Below, piece after piece: positions 53,271 through 64,000 of a stretch of 64,000 bases of DNA. The stretch is from Macrostomum lignano. Lineage: Eukaryota. The DNA lies in NCBI GenBank assembly GCA_002269645.1, contig NIVC01000507.1, positions 62,001-126,000 on the forward strand, read 5' to 3'. How positions within the stretch are numbered: position 1 is the first letter of the stretch; each line of letters opens with the position of its first letter. Position numbers and translations under genes: made by a program. The notes beneath the pieces were generated by a model, which was not told where the DNA came from, made no database searches, and saw only the letters and a list, made by a program, of their open reading frames with translations.

Positions 53271-54813
53271 TTAGTTACTCTTGGCAAAGAAATTAGTGAT
53301 AGATTGCATGCCAGCCTCTTTGCGCAGAGCCGGCTTGCGTGTCCCGACTGCTTTCACAGGCGCTTGCTGCTCCTGCGGCAGGGCATAGTTCTCTAGCGGC
53401 TCCTGCTTCTCGCGACGACTGCGCTTGCCAGAATCGTCCACTTTCGGCGCCGCCGACGCCGACGCAGTCTCCTCATCGACTGGGGCGTCGTCCAGATCGA
53501 TGCCGACTCGACTAGCGAGGCTTTCGGTGAGCTGCCAGGGCAGGTAGTCGGCTAGCAGGCTGCAGGCCAGAATAATGGCTCGCTTATTATCGTCTGTTGT
53601 CTCCTTCTCGTTGTCGGTGTCTGCGAAGGGGCAGCAGGAATTGATGATGTACAGGAGTAGCGCTTGGATTCTGTTGATAACTTTGACTCGAGGGGTGGCG
53701 GGTGCAGTGGGGAGTGGAGTGGGGGAGAGGAGTGGCGGGGTGGAGTGGCGGGTGCAGTGGCGGGTGCAGTGGCGGGTGCAGTGGCGGGAGAGGAGTGGCG
53801 GGGTGGAGTGGCGGGTGCAGTGGCGGGTGCAGTGGCGGGGTGGAGTGGCGGGTGCAGTGGCGGGTGCAGTGGCGGGTGCAGTGGCGGGGTGGAGTGGCGG
53901 GTGCAGTGACGGGTGCAGTGGAGAGTGCAGTGGCGGGTGCAGTGGAGAGTGCAGTGGCGGGTGCAGTGGAGAGTGCAGTGGCGGGTGCAGTGGAGAGTGC
54001 AGTGGCGGGTGCAGTGGAGAGTGCAGTGGCGGGTGCAGTGGAGAGTGCAGTGGCGGGTGCAGTGGAGAGTGCAGTGGCGGGTGCAGTGGAGAGTGCAGTG
54101 GTGGGTGCAGTGGCGGGTGCAGTGGAGGGTGCAGCAGTGGCGGGTGCAGTGGCGGGTGCAGCAGTGGCGGGTGCAGCAGTGGCGGGTGCAGTGGCGGGTG
54201 CAGTGGCGGGTGCACCTTGAATATCGCGCAGGCCGGCAGCAATCCGGCGCAGCTTGGCCTCCAGCCAGCCGAGGCAGCGGTCCAAGTTCAGGCGAACCAG
54301 CGGCAGCGAACTCGAAGACGATATCGACGGCCGGACGTCGCAGACGGAGTCGGCCAGTCGGCCGGGCAGCTGGGCGTGCAGGCGCTGCAGCAGCAGGCGA
54401 GTGTCCGGGAACTCGTCGCAATGACAGGCCTCGTCAAGCGGCCGGTAGCGCAGATCCTTCAGCAGCAGCGGCAGCAGCGGGAACACCGGGTCCATCTCTG
54501 TGGCGATGAGCGCCGCGGACGAAGCCGGCAGAAGCCGATTGCCGACAAACCAGCTCCGACAGGCGTCGCTATGCTCCAATAATTCGAATAGTCGATCGCC
54601 GTTCGGTCCGCCAAGTAGGCACAGCTGGGCGGCGCCTGTTCGGGGATGTCCAAGCCGCAGCAGCTGGCGTGGCTGCTGGCCTGACAGGACTTCGGCTTCG
54701 GCAAAGAGGACTACAGGATTAGGCTGCTGTCGATGATGCTCCCGACTGTCGGGCTCGCCGCAGACAGAAGCTGTGGCGTCGCCAGCAGCAGCGGACGAGC
54801 GCCTAGTGGCAGC
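53271..54813 (-). CDS. RNASEH2B: Ribonuclease H2 subunit B (first exon uncertain)
   Basis: Exons 54813-54216 (LFEL..SWF...DPVFPLL...RPLD...WLEAK) and 53620-53271 ending in a PIP-box (GMQSITNFF). A speculative first coding exon ATG CCC|GTAAAC lies at 60247-60242, beyond the 4.5-kb satellite. Confidence 0.88.
53690..54213. repeat. 12-bp GC-rich tandem repeat (GTGGCGGGTGCA / GTGGAGAGTGCA) in the RNASEH2B intron
   Basis: Direct reading; begins at position +3 of the intron on the minus strand. Confidence 0.95.
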
Positions 54814-54869
54814 CTGAGACAGGAAATTTTTGGGAAATTATTATTTCATACTTAGAATAGAGAATGAGG

Positions 54870-57800
54870 AGGAGAAACAGGGTAAGATTCTTAGAGAATG
54901 GGGAGAAACAGGGTGAGATGATTAGAGAATGAGGAGAAACAGGGTGAGATGATTAGAGAATGAGGAGAAACAGGGTGAGATGATTAGAGAATTAGGAGAA
55001 ACAGGGTGAGATGATAGGAGAAATAGGAGAAACAGGGTGAGATGATAGGAGAATGAGGAGAAACAGGGTGAGATGATTGGAGAATTAGGAGAAACAGGGT
55101 GAGATGATTAGAGAATGAGGAGAAACAGGGTGAGATGATTAGAGAATGAGGAGAAACAGGGTGAGATGATTAGAGAATGAGGAGAAACAGGGTGAGATGA
55201 TTGGAGAATGAGGAGAAACAGGGTGAGATGATTGGAGAATGAAGAAAAACAGGGTGAGATGATTAGAGAATGAGGAAAAACAGGGTGAGATGATTAGAGA
55301 ATGAGGAAAAACAGGGTGAGATGATTAGAGAATGAGGAGAAACAGGCTGAGATAATTAGAGAATGAAGAGAAACAGGCTGAGATGATTAGAGAATTAGGA
55401 GAAACAGGCTGAGATAATTAGAGAATGAAGAGAAACAGGGTGAGATAATTAGGGAATGAGGAGAAACAGGCTGAGATGATTAGAGAATTAGGAGAAACAG
55501 GCTGAGATGATTAGAGAATTAGGAGAAACAGGCTGAGATGATTAGAGAATGAAGAGAAACAGGGTGAGATAATTAGAGAATGAAGAGAAACAGGCTGAGA
55601 TGATTAGAGAATTAGGAGAAACAGGCTGAGATGATTAGAGAATTAGGAGAAACAGGCTGAGATAATTAGAGAATGAAGAGAAACAGGGTGAGATAATTAG
55701 AGAATGAAGAGAAACAGGCTGAGATGATTAGAGAATTAGGAGAAACAGGCTGAGATAATTAGAGAATGAAGAGAAACAGGCTGAGATGATTAGAGAATTA
55801 GGAGAAACAGGCTGAGATAATTAGAGAATGAAGAGAAACAGGCTGAGATGATTAGAGAATTAGGAGAAACAGGCTGAGATAATTAGAGAATGAAGAGAAA
55901 CAGGCTGAGATGATTAGAGAATTAGGAGAAACAGGCTGAGATAATTAGAGAATGAAGAGAAACAGGGTGAGATAATTAGAGAATGAAGAGAAACAGGCTG
56001 AGATGATTAGAGAATTAGGAGAAACAGGCTGAGATAATTAGAGAATGAAGAGAAACAGGCTGAGATAATTAGAGAATGAAGAGAAACAGGCTGAGATAAT
56101 TAGAGAATGAAGAGAAACAGGGTGAGATAATTAGAGAATGAAGAGAAACAGGCTGAGATGATTAGAGAATTAGGAGAAACAGGCTGAGATAATTAGAGAA
56201 TGAAGAGAAACAGGGTGAGATAATTAGAGAATGAAGAGAAACAGGCTGAGATGATTAGAGAATTAGGAGAAACAGGCTGAGATAATTAGAGAATGAAGAG
56301 AAACAGGCTGAGATGATTAGAGAATTAGGAGAAACAGGCTGAGATAATTAGAGAATGAAGAGAAACAGGCTGAGATGATTAGAGAATTAGGAGAAACAGG
56401 CTGAGATAATTAGAGAATGAAGAGAAACAGGCTGAGATGATTAGAGAATTAGGAGAAACAGGCTGAGATAATTAGAGAATGAGGAGAAACAGGCTGAGAT
56501 AATTAGAGAATGAGGAAAAACAGGGTGGAATGATTAGAGAATGAGGAGAAACAGGCTGAGATAATTAGAGAATGAGGAAAAACAGGCTGAGATGATTAGA
56601 GAATTAGGAGAAACAGGCTGAGATAATTAGAGAATGAAGAGAAACAGGGTGAGATAATTAGGGAATGAGGAGAAACAGGCTGAGATGATTAGAGAATTAG
56701 GAGAAACAGGCTGAGATGATTAGAGAATTAGGAGAAACAGGCTGAGATGATTAGAGAATGAAGAGAAACATGGTGAGATAATTAGAGAATGAAGAGAAAC
56801 AGGCTGAGATGATTAGAGAATTAGGAGAAACAGGCTGAGATGATTAGAGAATTAGGAGAAACAGGCTGAGATAATTAGAGAATGAAGAGAAACAGGGTGA
56901 GATAATTAGAGAATGAAGAGAAACAGGCTGAGATGATTAGAGAATTAGGAGAAACAGGCTGAGATAATTAGAGAATGAAGAGAAACAGGCTGAGATGATT
57001 AGAGAATTAGGAGAAACAGGCTGAGATAATTAGAGAATGAAGAGAAACAGGCTGAGATGATTAGAGAATTAGGAGAAACAGGCTGAGATAATTAGAGAAT
57101 GAAGAGAAACAGGCTGAGATGATTAGAGAATTAGGAGAAACAGGCTGAGATAATTAGAGAATGAAGAGAAACAGGGTGAGATAATTAGAGAATGAAGAGA
57201 AACAGGCTGAGATGATTAGAGAATTAGGAGAAACAGGCTGAGATAATTAGAGAATGAAGAGAAACAGGCTGAGATAATTAGAGAATGAAGAGAAACAGGG
57301 TGAGATAATTAGAGAATGAAGAGAAACAGGCTGAGATGATTAGAGAATTAGGAGAAACAGGCTGAGATAATTAGAGAATGAAGAGAAACAGGGTGAGATA
57401 ATTAGAGAATGAAGAGAAACAGGCTGAGATGATTAGAGAATTAGGAGAAACAGGCTGAGATAATTAGAGAATGAAGAGAAACAGGCTGAGATGATTAGAG
57501 AATTAGGAGAAACAGGCTGAGATAATTAGAGAATGAAGAGAAACAGGCTGAGATGATTAGAGAATTAGGAGAAACAGGCTGAGATAATTAGAGAATGAAG
57601 AGAAACAGGCTGAGATGATTAGAGAATTAGGAGAAACAGGCTGAGATAATTAGAGAATGAGGAGAAACAGGCTGAGATAATTAGAGAATGAGGAAAAACA
57701 GGGTGGAATGATTAGAGAATGAGGAGAAACAGGCTGAGATAATTAGAGAATGAGGAAAAACAGGCTGAGATGATTAGAGAATTAGGAGAAACAGGCTGAG

Positions 57801-59440
57801 ATAATTAGAGAATGAGGAGAAACAGGCTGAGATAATTAGAGAATGAGGAAAAACAGGGTGGAATGATTAGAGAATGAGGAGAAACAGGCTGAGATAATTA
57901 GAGAATGAGGAAAACAGGCTGAGATGATTAGAGAATTAGGAGAAACAGGCTGAGATAATTAGAGAATGAAGAGAAACAGGCTGAGATAATTAGAGAATGA
58001 GGAAAAACAGGGTGGAATGATTAGAGAATGAGGAGAAACAGGCTGAGATGATTAGAGAATGAGGAGAAACAGGCTGAGATAATTAGAGAATGAGGAGAAA
58101 CAGGGTGAGATGATTAGAGAATGAAGAGAAACAGGCTGAGATAATTAGAGAATGAGGAAAAACAGGGTGGAATGATTAGAGAATGAAGAGAAACAGGGTG
58201 AGATGATTAGAGAATGAGGAGAAACAGGCTGAGATGATTAGAGAATTAGGAAAAACAGGGTGAGATGATTGGAGAATGAGGAGAAACAGGCTGAGATGAT
58301 TAGAGAATTAGGAGAAACAGGGTGAGATGATTAGAGAATGGGGAGAAACAGGGTGAGATGATTGGAGAATGAGGAGAAACAGGGTGAGATGATTGGAGAA
58401 TGAGGAGAAACAGGGTGAGATGATTAGAGAATGAGGAGAAACAGGGTGAGATGATTAGAGAATGAAGAGAAGCAGGGTGAGATGATTAGAGAATTAGGAG
58501 AAACAGGGTGAGATGATTAGAGAATGGGGAGAAACAGGGTGAGATGATTGGAGAATGAGGAGAAACAGGGTGAGATGATTGGAGAATGAGGAGAAACAGG
58601 CTGAGATGATTAGAGAATGAGGAGAAACAGGCTGAGATGATTAGAGAATTAGGAAAAACAGGGTGAGATGATTGGAGAATGAGGAGAAACAGGCTGAGAT
58701 GATTAGAGAATTAGGAGAAACAGGGTGAGATGATTAGAGAATGGGGAGAAACAGGGTGAGATGATTGGAGAATGAGGAGAAACAGGGTGAGATGATTAGA
58801 GAATTAGGAAAAACAGGGTGAGATGATTGGAGAATGAGGAGAAACAGGCTGAGATGATTAGAGAATTAGGAGAAACAGGGTGAGATGATTAGAGAATGGG
58901 GAGAAACAGGGTGAGATGATTGGAGAATGAGGAGAAACAGGGTGAGATGATTGGAGAATGAGGAGAAACAGGGTGAGATGATTAGAGAATGAGGAGAAAC
59001 AGGGTGAGATGATTAGAGAATGAAGAGAAGCAGGGTGAGATGATTAGAGAATTAGGAGAAACAGGGTGAGATGATTAGAGAATGGGGATAAATAGGGTGA
59101 GATGATTAGAGATCGAGGAGAAACAGGGTGAGATGATTAGAGAATGAGGAGAAACAGGGTGAGATGATTAGAGAATTAGGAGAAACAGGCTGAGATGATT
59201 AGAGAATTAGGAGAAACAGGGTGAGATGATTGGAGAATTAGGAGAAGCAGGGTGAGATGATTAGAGAATTAGGAGAAACAGGCTGAGATGATTAGAGAAT
59301 GAAGAGAAACAGGCTGAGATGATTAGAGAATTAGGAGAAACAGGCTGAGATAATTAGAGAATGAAGAGGTAGATGTGTGAGAAACAAGATCAGGCTGAGA
59401 TGATTAGACAGGCTGAATAATTAGAGAATGAAGAGGTAGA
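54870..59440. repeat. 4.5-kb 31-bp satellite (GATTAGAGAATGAGGAGAAACAGGGTGAGAT) with 62-bp dimeric higher-order structure
   Basis: About 145 units; alternating ATTAGG/ATGAAG and GATG/GATA variants. Confidence 0.97.
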
Positions 59441-59856
59441 TGTGTGAGAAATCAAATCTGAAGTGACAAAATGCGGGAAATTTTCATAGCAAATTTCAGA
59501 GAGATAAAAAAGCAAACGAGCATAAAAGCTATTTAATATACGGAAAGGCTCAATACAATACGAAACAAGCTGAACAGAGAACTCTTTTAACGAAATGAAA
59601 AAAGCTTTTTGCTTTCGTTGCTATCTCTAGATAATTAAACAGTAAAAACTGCCAAATGGCTTGGGGGATGGGCGTTTGCCTGTGGCGTCATCGAGGCACC
59701 AGAGCTGAGTCAATTAGCGATTGATCATTTTTAGACAACTGATGAAGGGGAAACATAAGAAATAGGTGGCAAAGGTAAAGGCGGGGGTGGAAGCTTGAGA
59801 GGAGAAGAGGTAGAGAGAGGGACACACCTACTATCTTAAAAACGTAAAAAGGTATA

Positions 59857-59861
59857 TGAGA

Positions 59862-59938
<77 letters not shown>
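59857..59938. repeat. (GA)n microsatellite
   Basis: Direct reading. Confidence 0.95.
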
Positions 59939-59943
<5 letters not shown>

Positions 59944-60423
59944 AAGGAGGCAGAAAGCGGACAAAAACGACACGATTGCGTTTCTTAGAATCCCCCAAAC
60001 GTGCTCGCCTCACCCAAGAACAGGATAAGACGACACTGAAAGGCGAAATTAATTGCATTTCAACTCCCAGAAAATCAATTTTTATTTCAACCTGCTGAGA
60101 GGAATTAGCTTGCACCTGATCCTCTTCAACTGCGATTCGAATACAATAGTCAGGGAAATTTGAGCCGGAAAAGAAGAGAATCGAAAAAGAAAAATGCGAA
60201 AATTCCTTCTCAAGCAGACCGAAGGTCCGAAGCTTGTTTACGGGCATGAAAACGAAAGCGCAGGTCAAATTTTTTACAAAAAAATATTAATCACGATTTC
60301 GGATTACAGTTGGGCGGAAATCTGAGGCCCGGGACTGGGCGGTCGATGGTGCTCTTTGAAAGCGAAGGAAATTGCCTCGACTGACGGAAGGAGAGTAGAA
60401 AAAGCAAAATGAAAATTGAAATA

Positions 60424-60878
<455 letters not shown>

Positions 60879-61069
60879 AATTAGTCACACAGTTGCTAAC
60901 TAATGGGTTGTAACAAACAATGTAAACGAAAGCGTCCAATAAAAGAAAATCGAGTTAAAGTGCATCAGCAGTGTTGCTTGCACTAAGAATAAGTTGCAAT
61001 TTTAGAAGTATTTATTTTTAAAAAAATATTTGGCATATCGGAGCAAACACTTTGCAGGGTCAAATGAGG

Positions 61070-63507
61070 TCAATCACAGGTCGCTGCCAGAGGTCGATCG
61101 CGTACCAGGGCCACCTTCACCTGGCCCAGGTAAACGCACACCGGTTCAGTCGATTCCAATCTGCTAGGCAGGATAAAAAACAGGCACAGCTGTTCCAGTA
61201 CGCAGTCTTTGTCAACATAGCCGGCGTCTTTGTTATTGCTATCGACCAAAGCGGGGTCGGCGGCCTCGGTGTACACCATGTGCCACACGACCCCGCCGTG
61301 GCCAGCCGCGCCGCCGGCCTCGCTGTAGGCGTCGCCTTCAACTTCCCGGCGCACAGTTCGAGGAAACACCAGAGTCTGGCTGCTGCCGCCGCCACTGCCG
61401 ACGCTGTAGTGAGACTGGACTGTGGCCATCTCAGAGCAGCTTAGTCGGGACTCACTCGAATGACAGAGCACTATCAGCTGTTGCTGCTGCTGCCGCTGTG
61501 CGCCTAACAACAATGAGTAGTACATAGTAAAGTAAATATTTTTTTATATTTTGTAGGGTACTCTAGGCCCTGTGCCACAAATCCGTCCGACAATTGCGGG
61601 ATTCCCGCCATTCCTAGATGGGATTCCCCATTGCTAGATTGATTGGATTTCCTATTGCTAGATGAGATTTTACATTGCTGGATGGGATTCTCCATTACTG
61701 GATGGGATTCCCCATTACTGGATGGGATTCCCCATTACTGGATGGGATTCCCCATTACTGGATGGGATTCCCCATTACTGGATGGGATTTTCCATTACTA
61801 GATGAGATTCCCCATTACTGGATGGGATTCCCCATTACTGGATGGGATTTTCCATTACTAGATGGGATTCCCCATTACTGGATGGTATTCCCCATTACTG
61901 GACGGGATTCCCAATTACTGGATGGGATTTCCGATTACTGGATGGGATTCCCCATTCCTGGGTGGGAGTTCCCACTACTGGATGGGATTCCCCATTCCTG
62001 GATGGGATTTCCCACTACTGGATGGAATTCCCTATTACTGGATGGGATTTTTTATTAATATGAGCGTAGTTAGGATTTTAAATTGGGATATTATACTATT
62101 GCTCTAAAATGTAAGTATATTAAGTTGAGTTTTCTGCACCCCAAAATACTCATAACCGGACGCTCACCCCCGCCGATAGAATCGACACTGGATGAGTGGC
62201 GCCGGTACTTAGCAACCAGACAAACGGTCACAGGATCCAACGGCCGGTCCTCGAACACAGAGTCTAACGAGTACACCAGCTTCAGAGCGCGGACCTGTCT
62301 AGCGGGCAGCGACAAACGGAACAAAGGCAATTCGCAGCCGCCATTGCCGCCGATGCCGCCGCCGACGCCGCCGCTCAGAGCGACGCGTAGACAGCCGCCG
62401 CCCTGCCAGGCGCGAGACCGACACAACGACAAGTGCTGCTCAGCACCGCACAGCCAATAGTGCGGCATCGGGTGCGCCTCCCACAAGCTGTTCCAGGCGT
62501 TTGTGGACACCAGGCGGCCGCGATCCCACCTGTGAGTAATTAATCGTGCGAATGTGTCGAGGGATTAATCAAGGGACTTAGGATTTACAATCAAGGGCTT
62601 AATGATTCTAAATTAAGGGATTAAATATTCTTAATCAAGGGAATTAGCTCGTAGGATTCAAAATCAAGGGATAAAGGGATTCTTAATCAAAGGGATTATA
62701 TTACTGCCATTCCTAGTCTAGTCCTAGCTCCTAGTAATCAAGGGATTAAGGATTATAAACCAAGGGATTATTGATTCTAAATCAAGGGATTAAAGGTTGT
62801 CAATCAAGGGATTAAGGATTCTAAGCCAATGGATTAAGGATTATTAATAAATGGATTAAGGATTCTTAATAAAGGGATTAAGGATTCTTAATAAAGGGAT
62901 TAAGGGTTCTAAATCAAGGGATTAAGAGTTGTGAATCAAGGGATTAAGGATTCAAACTCCAGAGGATTAAGAAACACCCGCCCCAGCCTCACTTGCAGAC
63001 GCCCTGGCCAAGGCAGAACGCGGTGTTTAACCGTCGTCCAGCCAAGGGCCGGGGTTCGCCCAGCAGTGGAGTCATGCCGGCCCAGAACTCCAGAGTCCTG
63101 TCCACCAGACTCTCCCAAAGGTTCGCGGCGTCTCCATCGGCTTCGTCTGGTTCAGCCGCCGATCGGCAGGTCTCGTAGGCCCAGCCGGGCGCGAACAGTC
63201 CAACGCCCAGCTGCTGATTCTCGACAATCATTCGCACAGCCTCCGAGCAGTTGAAGCCGCCGCCGCCGGGGCAGCCACGGCCGAAGCAGTCGACGCCGAC
63301 ATAGACGGTTAGAGCCGAAGAGGACGACGACTGAAGCTCGGCCAGCCTGCCGGCTGTAGACTTCAACAAGTCGGCAGTCCAGCAGTAGTTCAACAGGATT
63401 GAGCCGGCCGCTATCAGGAAGTCTTCGTTCAACGCATTGACGCTGTTCTGCCAGAGAAGCTGGCCGTCCGTGATTACGGAGTCGTACCAGACGATGTGCA
63501 GGCTCGA
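61070..63507 (-). CDS. ENGASE: Cytosolic endo-beta-N-acetylglucosaminidase (GH85), 3' exons; the gene starts beyond the window
   Basis: Exons 63507-62993 (IVWYDSV..G.L.WQN, LLNYCW, VYVGVDCFGRG, LFAPGWAYE), 62529-62168 and 61503-61070; phases 2 and 1 are compatible. A further exon near 60390-60304 is possible. Confidence 0.9.
61600..62050. repeat. 20-bp minisatellite (GGATGGGATTCCCCATTACT)
   Basis: About 21 units in an ENGase intron; 9 perfect GGGATTCCCC. Confidence 0.95.
62570..62970. repeat. Degenerate ~21-bp repeat (AATCAAGGGATTAAGGATTCT)
   Basis: Fills an ENGase intron. Confidence 0.85.
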
Positions 63508-63639
63508 CTATTGACGGGGGAGGGGGGCGGCGGCAGAGTATCATAATTATATAATAGTAATAACTGCAGGGGGCTGTGGCCACCATTGGTGGGGATAGTA
63601 GATAGATGTATATAAACAAGTAGATAAATGTAAAGTGTG

Positions 63640-64000
63640 AGAAGTAGAGAGATGTTATGTAATATGAGGAGTATATAGATAAATCTGAGTAGACTGATGT
63701 ATCTGAGAAGTAGATAGATGTATCTGAGAAGTAGATAGATGTATCTTAGAAGTAGATAGATGTATCTTAGAAGTAGATAGATGTATCTGAGAAGTAGATA
63801 GATGTATCTGAGAAGTAGATAGATGTATCTGAGAAGTAGATAGATGTATCTGAGAAGTAGATAGATGTATCTGAGAAGTAGATAGATGTATCTGAGAAGT
63901 AGATAGATGTATATGAGAAGTAGATAGATGTATCTGAGAAGTAAATAGACGTATCTGAGAAGTAGATAGATGTATCTGAGAAGTAGATAGATGTATCTTA
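63640..64000. repeat. 21-bp minisatellite (GAGAAGTAGATAGATGTATCT)
   Basis: Visible tandem units running to the window end. Confidence 0.95.

Noticed and set aside
62570-62970. GGATTA (Otx/Pitx-type) sites, plus TGACAG/CAGCTG in the 51-bp array and GATA-like words in ATAG repeats
   Set aside because: Hexamers are expected by chance in repeats, so these were not counted as evidence for the motif-array idea.

Overview
Eukaryotic (animal) genomic DNA with GC-rich exons and introns filled by micro- and minisatellites. The style suggests a free-living flatworm such as Macrostomum, but that is an inference and was not verified. Contents in order: (1) a near-complete Ty3/Gypsy (Mag-like) LTR retrotransposon, 1-5076, with disrupted gag-pol; both LTRs carry a 354-bp fold-back MITE-like insert with 120-bp arms. 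(2) COPE (coatomer epsilon, 5 exons) with a tandemly duplicated last exon. (3) An unidentified multi-exon gene. (4) A 21-kb valyl-tRNA synthetase gene (VARS2-like, minus strand) with a GC-AG intron and a nested antisense 2-exon gene for a divergent LIM-like zinc-finger protein. (5) A DENND2/ST5-like Rab GEF. (6) A small WSC-domain gene. (7) An orphan METTL17-like N-terminal fragment. (8) RNASEH2B. (9) The 3' part of an ENGase (GH85) gene. SINEs, a MITE and a mariner relic are interspersed. The two most striking signals are the MITE-derived hairpin LTR and a set of intronic minisatellites whose units each carry a near-perfect canonical transcription-factor motif (RFX X-box, nuclear-receptor DR4/DR5, NF-Y CCAAT, CLEAR/E-box, kB-like). 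Exon models were built by hand from splice signals, reading-frame phase and remembered family motifs; no database searches were run. Several single-base indels may be long-read errors.
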